64,000 nt of DNA from Podarcis bocagei. Its lineage: Eukaryota. Position 1 is the first letter of the stretch, and each line of letters opens with the position of its first letter. Made by a program: the position numbers and the translations under genes. Positions 1 to 11,795 of the stretch are shown here, piece after piece. The notes beneath the pieces are model-generated. The model was not told the origin of the DNA, did not search any database, and was given only the letters and a program-made list of their open reading frames with translations. The stretch is from the NCBI GenBank assembly GCA_964188305.1, contig OZ076899.1; one strand, given 5' to 3'.

Positions 1-1177
1 TCCTGAAAACGGTTACGTATTTTAACATGAATTACCTGAATATGCTTGTTTTTAATGCAGTTTTATGCACTGATGTGCACATTTCCTCGTAATAGAATTT
101 TTTGTACCTATTTTGTATTTTTGTACCTATTTTGGGTTGGAAAATGGCATCACAAAATTCAGAGAACTGTGTATTTGACAGATAGCTGTGTTTTTGGTTT
201 TGTACATATTGCTCTGAGAAGTTTGAATTTGGTAGTTTCTCGTGAAATTCAAAGAAAACCCAAAGTCTCCCATTGTCCCTACTCTTTAGACACCAGCGCT
301 TCCCCGATATTGTCCTCATTTCCCACATTTATGCATTCTCATTTCATTTTGGCTTAAGAGTCACTGATGGGTTTTTGGGGAGGACTTGAAGATTCCAGAT
401 GCAGGAAATGAAGAAAGAAGATGTCGAGGAGTAGGGTCGATTAATGGCTTTTAGCGATTGCCTATAAAAGCAGGTCTTTGAGGCTTTTTAGAGCAGATGC
501 CTATTGCTTTGGGGGCTCCTGGCCTCGTTGCAGAACTCTGTGCCCGAGTACGTCTGCCCAGATCTCCTCCAGCTACTCCGGTTATGATATTTAAATTGTC
601 CTTTAGATTTGCTGCGTTGGTTTGTCCCCGCAGGAAACAAATTGCTCTTGCTGATAAAACAGATTGAGCCACACGCCGGGAATGTGCTGTTCTCCTGCAC
701 ACGGCATGGAGTGAAGTGCTGGGAGATTACTCAGGCCAGAGCAGGCACAGAGACAGGCTGGGGCAGGCTGGGTTGAGGGAGGCTTACGTTTCTGGGGGGG
801 GGAGTAGGGGACTTCTCGCAACCCCCTCCCCAGCACTACTGCCACATTTGACAGACCATTTTTGTTTGTGCCAACTTCTATCGGGCAACAAATTGATAGC
901 AGACCTCTGCCATCTTAAAGTGGCCGTATATAATTTTAGGCATCGAGAATGACAACAGCACTGATTTTGGAAGAGGTGTAGGCACATTGGCAATATCAAC
1001 TGGAAGTGGGGGTGACTAGCAACCTGCCTGGGGACTCAGAAGGTCCCATCTACATGCCCTCCAACATTTCTCCGATGAAAATAGAGATGTCCTATTCCAT
1101 AATAATAATATTTTTATTATTTATAGCCCACCCATCCAACTGGGTTGCCCCAGCAGCTCTGGGTGGCTTCCAACATA

Positions 1178-1401
1178 CAGTGGTACCTCGGGTTACATAC
1201 GTTTCAGGTTACAGACGCTTCAGGTTACAGACTCCGCTAACCCAGAAATAGTACCTCGGGTTCAAACTTTGCTTCAGGATGAGAACAGAAATCGTGCTCT
1301 GGCGGCGTGGGGGCAGCAGGAGGCCACATTAGCTAAAGTGGTGCTTCAGGTTAAGAACGGACCTCCGGAATGCATTAAGATCTTAACCCGAGGTACCACT
1401 G
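1178..1401. mobile_element. Tc1/mariner (pogo/Tigger-like) MITE, family A
   Basis: TIR CAGTGGTACCTCGGGTTA...TAACCCGAGGTACCACTG, TA on both sides, internal TTCAGGTTA repeats, non-coding. Confidence 0.9.
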
Positions 1402-1451
1402 TATATAAAAACATAGTGAAACATCAAAACACTAAAAAAACCTTCGCTATA

Positions 1452-1693
1452 CAGTGGTACCTCAGGTTACATATGCTTCAGGTTACATATGCTTCAGGTT
1501 GCAGACTCCACTAAACCAGAAATAGTGCTTCAGGTTAAGAACTTTGATTCAGGATGAGAACAGAAATTGGGCTCTGGCGGCGCAGCGGCAGCAGGAGACC
1601 CCATTAGCTAAAGTGGTACCTCAGGTTAAGAACAGTTTCAGGTTAAGTATGGACCTCCGGAACGAATTAAGTACTTAACCTGAGGTACCACTG
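1452..1693. mobile_element. Tc1/mariner MITE, family A
   Basis: TIR CAGTGGTACCTCAGGTTA...TAACCTGAGGTACCACTG, TA TSD, homologous to 1178-1401. Confidence 0.9.
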
Positions 1694-1729
1694 TACACGG
1701 CTGCCTTCTGATGACTTCTAAAGGTTGTA

Positions 1730-1970
1730 CAGTCAAACCTTGGTCGGCGAACGTAATCCATTCCAGAAGACTGTTTGACTCCCAAAATGTTTGACAACCA
1801 AGGCGTGGCTTCCGATTGGTTGCAAGAGCTTCTTGCACTCAAGCAGAAGCTGTGTTGGATGTTTGAGTTCCAAGGAACGTTCAAAAACTGGTGTATTTAC
1901 TTCCGGGTTTTTGTCATTTGGGAACTGAAATGATTGAAAATGGAGCCGTTTGAGAACTGAGGTTTGACTG
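1730..1970. mobile_element. Tc1/mariner MITE, family B
   Basis: TIR CAGTCAAACCT...AGGTTTGACTG flanked by TA. Confidence 0.85.
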
Positions 1971-2300
1971 TATAGCTACTTATCTTCTTGGCTTGGGGGG
2001 TCACATAATCCATACCCTCCAACATTTCTCTGATGAAAATAGGGACATCCTACCATGCCCTCCAACATTTCTCCATTGGAAATAGAGACATGCTAAGGAA
2101 AAGGAGGACATAGCAGGATCAAATCACAAACCAGGACAGCTTCTGTAAATCCGGGACTGTCCCTGGAAAATAGGGACATTTGGAGAGTCTGCATCTGCCC
2201 TCACCCAATATAACCTCTGATTCCACAAAGTTCCCTTATTATGCTCCTCAGATCTGTTCCCTTGCATGATGTGAAACAAAGGTTGTTTAATACTTGCTAT

Positions 2301-2480
2301 ATAGGAGCATAGGAAGGTGGCTTATATTGAGCCAGATCTTCCATCTATCTAGCTCAGTATTGCCCACAATGACTGGCTTCTGCTCTCTAGAGTTTCAGAC
2401 GGGGAGTCTTCCCCAGTCATACCTGGAGATGCCAAGGATGGAACTTGAAACCTTCTGCATGTAAGGCAGATGTTCTACCA
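2301..2480 (-). mobile_element. tRNA-derived SINE with CR1-like (CCTATG) tail, degenerate
   Basis: Reverse strand reads tRNA-like head (TGGTAGAACATCTG...CAGAAGG...GTTC) then a body shared with many copies in this window, ending in CCTATGCTCCTAT. Boundaries approximate. Confidence 0.65.
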
Positions 2481-2844
2481 GATCTGCAGGGTGCCATACG
2501 AGATAACACTGCCTTATCCAAACCCAGTGCACTGATACATTTAGCATAATATTAACTCATGTTATGGGCCTTGCTCCTCATGCATATTTTCTAGTGTATC
2601 TCCCCCCCCCCTCCGGTGCCCCAACAGTATAGGGTGAAGGGAAGGATAATATTACTTTTGCCAAAGGTCTCCCTAGGAGCTTCCATTGTGCAAGTTCTTT
2701 GTGCATGCAGTATGGGCTTGTGCAGTGGCCTGGAATTTTTCAAAAAATGCTGGGAGGTTTTGAGATGACCTAAGGGAACTGCATAAATTGGCAATCTTTC
2801 ATCTCTTAGGGTCTTGCTTTGGGTGTCTGGTGAAATGGAGTCCT

Positions 2845-2892
2845 ATTCATTCATTCATTCATTCATTCATTCATTCATTCATTCATTCATTC
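2845..2892. repeat. (ATTC)n microsatellite
   Basis: Direct observation. Confidence 0.95.
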
Positions 2893-3124
2893 AAACTTAC
2901 TCTGCCTTTTAGTCAAATTATCTCCAAGACTCACAACAGATTAAAAAGCACAATAATAAAACACAAAGCAATTAAGAAAACTGAAATCTGAAGTAGAACA
3001 GCATTTGCTTAATAACTACTGCAACTGTATTCCAATACAAAATGTTACGCAGTGTTTAAAGAACAACGACATAAGCAGCCATCACCACCACAACAGTAGT
3101 TGCCAAGCAAACACATTTGGAGAA

Positions 3125-3166
<42 letters not shown>

Positions 3167-3318
3167 TCTGGGTGGCTTCCACAGAGACCAAAAATACACT
3201 AAAATGTCACACATTAAAAACTTCCCTGAACAGGGCTGCCTTAAGATGTCTTCTGAATGTCAGGTAGTTGTTTATTGCTTTGACATCTGATGGGAGGGCA
3301 TTCCACAGGGCGGGCGCC
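3125..3318 (-). mobile_element. L2-type LINE 3' fragment with (AAT)n tail
   Basis: (ATT)n run followed by CTCTGGGTGGCTT...CAGGGCTGCCTT...GGGAGGGCATTCCACAGG. Reverse strand resembles the L2 ORF2 end (LWNALP motif). Confidence 0.65.
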
Positions 3319-4810
3319 TGTGGTGGAAGATGCGGTGGAAGATGTTCCACTGTCAAGTTCCTTGGTTTTGTGTATTTTTATCCCCAGTATGGTGGTCATC
3401 TACACCCTGTTGACTGGATGTTTGGATACGATTGGGTGCCATTTTGAATCAAGATGGTGGATTGAACTTTTCAAAGCTCTGCTGATTGGTAACTGAATTT
3501 TGCATTCTGGTTCCTGAGATCAAGGAGCAGGTTTTCATCTGTTTTTGAATATAGTTGGATACAAATTTGAATCAAGATGGTGGACTGAACCTTTTAAAAT
3601 GGCACTGATTTTAACTATTAATTTCAAAGCTGCACTTAATTTTTTGTTTCTTAGAATTCCCAAGCAATGCTGGGCATGAGGGTAGTAATAAAATCCTAAT
3701 ATTGGGGCTTTCTTTCTTTGTTTCTCTCTTTGTTTGTTTTTGCCAAGAAGTTCTTCTAGTCAGCTGGGCCCCTGCAGCAATGATATACAAAATTATCTTA
3801 GTAATTTTGCCCTTTTCTCTCCCTTCAGATATATAGTCTCAGAATGCCAAATGTCCTTTCTTTCCTGAAGCAGCTGACGAGACTAAACGAGCACCTCCTA
3901 TGCGCCCTTTTTATCCTCTTTCTCATTATTTTATCAAACAATGCCGTGCTGGTTCTACCTCATCCGCTTTTCCAAACACAGCCAAGTCTTGGCTAAAAAC
4001 AAAACATTTTGATGGGTGCAAAACTGAAGCAAAATGTGTGGTGGTGTCTGCACAGTTTCAGAGAGCTGTTGCCCTAGAACACCACAGGTATGGCATGCGC
4101 AGAAGCAAAAGGGAACATGCCATTCACTTGCATAAAAGCTGAGGACTTCTTGTCAGAGATGTTTGTATTTTTTGCTCTGTGTTGGAACCTTCCCACATTC
4201 GTTCTGCCACCCACACCACTCCTTCTTTCACATGTGCCTATGCCACTGGAGTTGTAAACTCTACAGGCCTAAATCTAGTGTCTGCAAGATTTATGTATAT
4301 TATGTTCTTATTGATTTGTTGGTCATCTACCATAGGATGGTCTCCAGGCAACTTGCAATCTAGTTTAAAAACTTCTCAAATTCCATCAAATGTCCAGCTG
4401 AAGTGGGAAAGTGTAGATATAGATGTCAAAGTTTATACAAAAGTAGGTGTTGGTATAGGTATAAATCCAGGGTGGGGAACCAAGTCGATTCTAAGGGCCA
4501 CATTCCTTATGAGGAACTATCCAATGACCATATACCAGTGGTAGGTAGGATTAGAGCCAAAATCAAGCAGAGCAAGGAGTGTAAATTTTACTGGTGCATA
4601 GTATGCAAGTTTCTACACAAACACACACACCTACACCTCTATCAACCATCTTGGCAAGCAAGTGGCATTATCAGAGTTCAAGGACACATTTCAGCCAGGC
4701 AAATGGCTTGGGAAGAAGGGGTGTGACTAGGAAGAGTCCTGGGGGCCAGATAGAGAGGCCTAGAGAGTCGCATGCAACCAACAGGCCTGAGACCCACCTA
4801 GTATGGATTG

Positions 4811-5131
4811 TGTTATGTATTCAGTGGTCTGTGTTTGCCTGAGCTTGAGTCTGGGCTAAGGACTCTGAGCTCCTGTGTTCTGATTCGATACATGATATCC
4901 AATGACAGAACATTTCAGGATTTGGGCCTCTGCCATTGGCCCTTCAACTCTGAGTCATGATTCGCAGCTTGGAAGTTTAGACAGCCAACCGTGTTGGGAG
5001 TGGGAGTGGCCCGGGCCTTGAGAAATGTATATAAGCAGTTGCTTTGCCCCTGTTGTCCAGTTCTGTTAGTTCAATAAAGGTTCTTGCTGTTCTTGCTGTG
5101 TCTTGCCTCGTGGGAACCAACCTACACTTCT
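4811..5131 (+). mobile_element. Solo LTR (family distinct from the TGTCAGG family)
   Basis: Starts TGTTATG, TATATAA at 5028-5034, AATAAA at 5073-5078, flanked by 5-bp direct repeat GATTG (4806-4810 / 5132-5136). The 3' terminal CA is degenerate. Confidence 0.6.
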
Positions 5132-6464
5132 GATTGAATGCAGGATTTTAAGGAAGGGATTCCTTCCACTTTTCTCTGTCATTTCCCTTTAACGTTTTTC
5201 CTGCATGCCATTGATGAGCTTGAGGAAAGGCTTGTAGGTGCCCCTGCTTCAGAGCCCAGATATCCCCATGTTTGGTTTCAGGACGGAGTGCCAAGGCGTT
5301 TTGGCAGGGGGTGGGGGCCAGGAGGGAGATCTCATGCTGCATCTGTTTTGTAGGTCGAGAGAGGTCATTGCCATCTAGGGCTGTCAGTCTGGTGTCACCG
5401 AGCTGAATAACATTAAGTTGGACAAGAATGTCTCCCGTCAGTTTCCTTGCCTTTTCCAGCCTTCTGTAACTCTTTACAGCTTCTCCTTCTTTGCTGCATA
5501 AGCAGTTAGTTCAGTTTTTAAAATTATTATCGAGAGAGGGAGGGGGAATATACAGTATAAAATATATCGCAATTCCACTTTTTACACCAGAACAGTAGAT
5601 TTGCTCTATTTAACTATACCTACTTACCTGGAAGTAACCCTATTAAACTCAATGGGGCTTACTTCTGAGTAGATTTGTAGCCAACAGTAAAGTTGTCTGC
5701 AAATGCTGAGCTAGGCTTCTCTGAGAAGGCCCTGTTACGAGACTTTTAGGACTGAGCTGTGCAGCAGCTCAGACGTACTAAAAAGTTTTAGTTATTTTAC
5801 AAATCAGAGCAGTAGTGGTGGGTTGTGTGTTTTTTTAATCTTTTTTTTTAAAAAATGGATTTGCTTAAGCTGCTTTGCAGTCTCTGTTAAAGCTTGTTTG
5901 TGGAACTTTATAGATCAAGTGGGTTGCAACCTAGCTAAGTTTCACAAGTGAGAATTTTGCAAGAAGGTTTAAATACACTTGAGAGTGACTATGAATGCTT
6001 GGAGATGAAAATAATGGCATTGTTCAGCACTATCTTTCTATATGAACTCAGTGAATCCCTGCCTAGGTTCCTGGATATGCCTGGTGCGGTTCTGCTCACC
6101 CAGGAATGCTCAAAAGGCACAACTGATTTTTGAGAGCAAGGTCCATACCTCAGTGACAGAGCATGCAGAAGGTCCCAGATTCTTTTCACTTTTTTTGGAT
6201 AATAATTTTTATTAGTTTATAATATTCCAATAGTAGCCTCATTATAACAGTGCCAAATTATAATACAATTACTAATACCTATCATTCAGATGCCAGATTT
6301 TATAATTTAGGTGCCCCCCACGTGCTACAATTGATGGCTTGATGATTTACTTTATTTCCACATTCCAAAATCTTACTAATTTCAATTACACTCCAGTCAA
6401 AATAACAATCCTTTGTACAACAGCTGCAATATTAATGACTTCCATTCGTATTGACACATTAAAT

Positions 6465-7053
6465 CAATGCTATTTTTCGGGGGGGGGATGCAGGGACGCA
6501 TATCCCTAAACATTTTGTGAATCTAATGGGAGAAGAAACTTTTTTTTAAAAAAAATAGTTTCTTCTTTAGAACGGTGAATTGTCAGTTCTGTTGCTACCC
6601 CCATTGGCAGCCTCATTTTTTGTCTCAGTGTTTTCTGAGTCTCAGACAGAAGCGAGTATTTAATGTCTGAAGTAGGAGTTGGAATCTAGCACTGTGATTG
6701 GTCAGTTTCATTGTTACCACCTCTGATGGCGGCTTCCTTTCCTTTCCCAGTGTTTCTTGAGTCTTAGATGAAAGCGAGCGTTTAATGTGTGAAGCAGTGT
6801 GGAATGTGGATGTGTGGTGTTTTACTGATGAAGGTTTGGCCTCATTGAGGGGGCAGTATTTCTTTCTTTCATTCAGTCATTTATTGAATTTATATACCAC
6901 CCCATACCTGGAAGTCTCAGGGTGGTTCACAAAAAAGATTTCAATATTTCAGTATGAGTATTTATTTTTCCAAATTTGAACTATAAAATGGTGATTTTCT
7001 TGAGTCTAAATGAGAGTACCCCTAAACACTTTATTTTAGAAAAAAAAGTACTG
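6465..7053. mobile_element. hAT-type non-autonomous element
   Basis: Imperfect TIR CAATGCTATTTTT / AAAAAAAGTACTG and perfect 8-bp TSD CATTAAAT (6457-6464 / 7054-7061). Confidence 0.8.
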
Positions 7054-7291
7054 CATTAAATGATTTAAAGAACTACAGGTGAAGCATTCAAACTATATCA
7101 TTAGAAGGTTCAATCCCTGGCATATCTAAGCAGAGCTGGGGGTGACTTCTGGCTGAAACCCTGAAGAGGTGCTGCCTGTCAGAGTAGGATGCAGCATGGT
7201 CACTTAAGAGTGTGATCTGCATAGTGGCTGATTCAATTTCAATAGATAGTCTTAAAGAAACCACCCCTGCTTCAGCTTTCTCTCTGCAGTA

Positions 7292-7713
7292 CAGTGGTAC
7301 CTCGGGTTAAGTACTTCTTCCTGCCTCTCCTTGCTGCCTGATGCCCTGGTCCATGCAACCCTTCTGTAGCAATCTGCACTCGCCTCAACACTACAGGAGG
7401 ACTTTTTGATCATCCAGTATCAAAAACCCAATTTATTTTCAAGAGAAGACCTACCTCTGATTAAAATAATGCAGTGGTACCTTGGGTTAAGTACTTACTT
7501 CGTTCCGGAGGTCCATACTTTACCTGAAACTGTTCTTAACCTGAAGCACCACTTTAGCTAACAGGGCCTCCTGCTGCTGCCATGCTGCCAGAGCACAATT
7601 TCTGTTCTCATCCTGAAGCAAAGTTCTTAACCCAAGGTAATATTTCTGGGTTAGCGGAGTCTGTAACCTGAAGCATCTGTAACGTGAAGCGTATGTAACC
7701 CAAGGTACCACTG
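7292..7713. mobile_element. Composite family-A MITE carrying captured DNA (Pack-TIR-like)
   Basis: Outer TIR 7292-7316, 158-bp cargo 7314-7471 (about 96% identical, inverted, to 58061-58218), then a full MITE 7472-7713. TA at 7290-7291 and 7714-7715. Confidence 0.88.
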
Positions 7714-8277
7714 TATAAGGTTAACATAGTTCCCAGTGGGGTAGAACATTTCCTTTGCATGCATAGAGTTCCAGGTCCAATCACTGGCAGACCTTGGGGT
7801 GTCAAATTTCAGAGGCTCCCTGTGCAACAACACCAACATTTGGCACACTCTGCTTCCCATGCCCCATTCTAAAGCATAGTTGGGCATCCTCTGCAGTGCC
7901 CCTAGGCTCAATGCCCAATATGACCAAACTGGTTGCACTCCCCTAAATCTCCCTCTGGTCCAATCCTTGGCAGCTTCAGGTAGGGCTGGGAGGCCAATGG
8001 CCTGACTCAGCATAAGGCAGCTTTCTTTGTTCCTAGGTGCTCTTCTGGGCTGCTCATGCATCCACTATGTCGGATCACTTTATGCATATTTTTCAAGTTT
8101 GCATTCCCCCCCCCCCTTATGGGCTACCAACATTTGTATCAATGTACATGTGCATCAGTTTAATCTCAGAACAAACACACCCAAAATGGAAGCTGGAGGA
8201 GAATGCACCCAGCTTCTATTTGCGGCTGCAGTCCTAGCAATGTCTACTCAGAATTAAGTCCTAATTAATTCAGTGGG

Positions 8278-8616
8278 TGGCGCTGTGGGTTAAACCACAG
8301 AGCCTAGGACTTGCCGATCAGAAGGTCGGCAGTTTGAATCCCTGCGACGGGGTGAGCTCCCGTTGCTCGGTCCCTGCTCCTGCCAACCTAGCAGTTCAAA
8401 AGCACATCAAAGTGCAAGCAGATAAATAGGTACCGCTCCGGCAGGAAGGTAAACGGCGTTTCCGTGCACTGCTCTGGTTCGTCAGAAGTGGCTTAGTCAT
8501 GCTGGCCACATGACCCGGAAGCTGTACATCGGCTCCCTTGACCAACAAAGCGAGATGAGCACCGCAACCCCAGAGTCAGCCACAACTGGACCTAATGGTC
8601 AGGGGTCCCTTTACCT
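8278..8616 (+). mobile_element. Sauria SINE (Squam1 type)
   Basis: tRNA-like head, characteristic ...GGCCACATGACCCGGAAGCTG... body, ACCTTT tail, 13-bp TSD TTAATTCAGTGGG (8265-8277 / 8617-8629). Inserted in a short palindromic GGCTGCA...TGCAGCC element (8224-8666). Confidence 0.9.
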
Positions 8617-9344
8617 TTAATTCAGTGGGGCTTCCTCACAGGTAAGTAGGATTAGGATTGCAGCCCAAGGCTTATGTGTGCCCCCTGATGGAGATGTCTG
8701 TAAGGTGTTCTGCCACTGAGCTGCCTCCCCAGCCCATGTTTTGCCTATAACTTTCTCTATGCATCAGATCTTAGGATCAAACGGTTGAATTTTCAGCTGC
8801 GGCCACTGATACTCTGTGAATATCAGCTTGGAGAGCTAAAATGATACTTGTTGGTGTTTTCTCTCTTTTATTTCTTTTTTTCAAAAAAGGCATTGCCGAA
8901 AGCGTTCCAGAATAGGAACCTATAATGCTCAAGGAAATTTCTCATTTTAGCAGGTGGCCGGAGGGCGAACACAATATCCTTTCAATATTGCAGAGTATCA
9001 GGCTCTCGCACACTCTGCGCTTACTCCCACATCCATCTCCCTTTGGCAGCTTAAACTCACTAAAGATGACTTAGCACATGAAGGATGCATGAGGATTGAA
9101 CCCTAATCAGATCATTACCACACTAAGGCTGGGAGAATAATTTCCAATCCAGAGCTGCCGCTTCTTTTGCCAACTCGTATTTATTTTAAAATAGATATTT
9201 ATTCATTCATTCCCTCTTTTGAGGAGGAGGGGAGATCTTGGTGGAGAGGAAGAGATGGCAGACAAAGAAGAAAGGTTGGCTTTATGTCCTGTCCATCTTA
9301 TCCATCTGTCTGTCTGTCTGTCTGTTTGTCTAGCTAGCTATCAA

Positions 9345-9932
9345 AAGACCATATCAGACCAAGGGACGTTGTAGTGCAGTGACCATGTTGCTACAGTGGC
9401 TAATGAGATGCAACTGGGAAGTCCACAAGCAGGACATTAGTACAGCATCATTTCTCCTCGTTATCCCCAGCAACTGGTGTTTATGAGAGGGGTGCTTCCT
9501 CCAAAAATGGAGGCAAAACAAAGCCATCACGACCGGCTGTTACTGATAGCCTTATGCTCCTCAAATTTGTCTAATCCCCACTCGGCGACCATCAGCATCT
9601 CTTGTGGGAACAAACTGCATAGTTCAACTATGCACTGTGTGAAGAAGTACTTTCTTTTGTGCACCCTAAATCTTTCAGCTGTCAGCTTTGTTGGATGCCC
9701 CTGAGTTCAAATAAGATAGAGGAAAAAAGCCTCTTTCTATCCATTTTCTCTACATCATGCATAATTGCATACACTTCTGCCATGTCACCTTTTACTCACC
9801 TTTTCTCAAAACTGAAAACGACCCAAATGCTGTAAGATTTCTTTATTCCCTTGATCATTTTAGTTGCCCATTTCTTAACTTTTTCCATCTCCACAATATC
9901 CTAACTAGAGGTGAGGTGAGCAGAACTGGATA

Positions 9933-9933
<1 letters not shown>
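9345..9933 (-). mobile_element. CR1 LINE 3' fragment, degenerate
   Basis: Reverse strand matches the CR1 ORF2 C-terminus (KYFFTQ..VELW-like) and a 3' UTR shared with 59770-60093. Boundaries approximate. Confidence 0.7.

Positions 9934-9934
<1 letters not shown>

Positions 9935-9983
<49 letters not shown>
9935..9983. repeat. (ATT)n microsatellite
   Basis: Direct observation. Confidence 0.95.
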
Positions 9984-9984
<1 letters not shown>

Positions 9985-10814
9985 ATATCAATCAACTCTT
10001 ACTAATTCCTGAACTTGGATCTGCCGTTCATCCTATATCCTATTGAGGCTCAAAAGGTTAGAGCTCCAACAGAGTTAGCCAACATGGTGCCCTCCAGAAC
10101 TTATGGACTACAATGCCCATCATCCCTTTAGCTGTGCTGATTGGGACAGATGTAAGTTGTGGACCAGAACACCCCAATGTCACCACATTGGCTTCCCCTG
10201 GCTTAGAGCTCCTATGTTTTCCTGGGAGTGGTTCCCCGCATTGCTGTAAGTGCGGGAATTATGGGTGTCATTTGAGATCTACATTCCACTTCTGAGATGC
10301 TAAAGAAAGAAGGCAAAACAGTCTCCATTGTGTTAAAATAGAGACAAATGGTAGTGGCTACAGCAAGAGAAAGATAAATAGACAAGTAGTCACTTGCTTA
10401 GATAAATAGGTTCTGCATGTAAACACTTAGACAGATACTGTAGATAATTATGTAGATAGATGGCTGCTTAGGCTAGTAAATAGAGAGGAATAATGACGGC
10501 ACGCAGGAGCAGGAAGGCAGCACGGTAGAGCTATGCCTCTGCTCTCTTTTCTTGCAAAGGCTAATCTCCATTAGCTCCAGATCTCACAACTGTTTTTCTT
10601 TGTGCAGAATTTTAGAACACATATGGTTTGTGTGCATGCCTGGACTTGTGCATCTTCTTTGGCATTTAATGGGTAGCTATTGAACCAGAAGTCTGGGAGT
10701 CCTCAGCACCATCTCTGAGACCAGTTTTGTCTTCTCAGGCAGAGAGACTGCTGGGCAGCAAGGTGGGTGGCAACACGGCAGAATCCCTAATTTGTCCCAA
10801 TTGTCCACTGCTAG

Positions 10815-11308
10815 GGTCAGGCTTTTGGGGATCAGATCCCTCCCATGGTGGCAGCCCAGCATCAGAGCAACAATAAAAGTTCTTACCAAGCCATTTATTC
10901 AGTAATTCACAGAGAATGATGAAGAAATGCAGCCTTCCCTAATAATGGTGTTGCTCCAAGTAAAGTCCCACCTCCCTATGTCTCCCCTATTCGATGGCAC
11001 CCCTGCATTGGTTAATCTGAACTTTCTGCCTCTGAGCTCTCTGTTCTAATACCCGCCTGGTCCTGGGGTGTGTGTGTGTCAGGAATGCTTTCCAAGGACA
11101 CTGAGTCTGTCAGCTGTCTCTCCCCTGGTGCTGCTGCTTCTTCCTGCTGTTCCTCTTCCAATATTTCCCAGCTTCTGCCCTCTGCAGCCTCTGAACTATA
11201 CCCTTCTGCAAACCACTGTGCTAAATCTATACTGTCCTCCTGTTCTTGGGAAGGTTCAGAAGGAGCGGAGACAGTCCCCACCATTCCTCCTCAGTCCAGC
11301 CCCTGACA
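10815..11308 (-). mobile_element. Solo LTR, TGTCAGG...CCTGACA family (Gypsy-like), with internal ORF 11284-11012
   Basis: Termini GGTCAGG (degenerate)...CCTGACA, 5-bp TSD GCTAG/GCCAG, AATAAA on the minus strand near 10895, homologous to 29848-30322 and 39401-39906. Confidence 0.8.
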
Positions 11309-11371
11309 GCCAGGAACATACACTCTGGATTGCACTCACCTGCCAACTGGACAGAGAGCCTGGAGAGAGGG

Positions 11372-11790
11372 GTGGGGGTGGAATCTCTATAGACTATGGA
11401 CTATTTCCCATCCCCAACCCTCAAGTCTGCCCTGATGCTGCACCAGGTACCCAGGTGGGCACAGCTGAGTGAGATCAACTACACTCTGCTCACCCACCCA
11501 GGCCATAGTGATACAGACCAGATCAGCCTCCTCATCCATATTCAGATCATGGATGAGAGAGGTCTTCCTCAGAGCGGACCTAATGTTCAGCAAAAGCAGC
11601 TGCAGACCAGAGTTGTAGGGCAACTACAGTCCCCCAGGTTAGAGGAGGGGCTGACACACGACACAGTCACTAACTGCCTGTGCCATGTGCTCCTTACCTG
11701 GGCTGCCCCATCATACTTCCCCCTACCCTGAACTCCCTGCTTTCTCCAGCTCCTCTCCTTCCAGACACATCTCCCCTCCCTCAGTAAAAG
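11372..11790 (-). mobile_element. L2/CR1-clade LINE ORF2 N-terminal (APE endonuclease) remnant
   Basis: ORF 11623-11387 gives LLLLNIRSALRKTSLIHDLNMDEEADLVCITMAWVGEQ...LCPPGYLVQHQGR, matching APE motifs (LxNARS, ADLxCITETW, GY...R..GRGGGV) in decayed form. Confidence 0.8.
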
Positions 11791-11795
11791 CAGAC

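Noticed and set aside
1178-1693. Regularly recurring TTCAGGTTA units resembling an array
   Set aside because: These are internal subterminal repeats of MITEs in a eukaryotic genome; not CRISPR.
3426-3625. Two diverged TTTGAATCAAGATGGTGG-containing units
   Set aside because: Probably internal repeats of an old DNA transposon; no boundaries or function are supportable.
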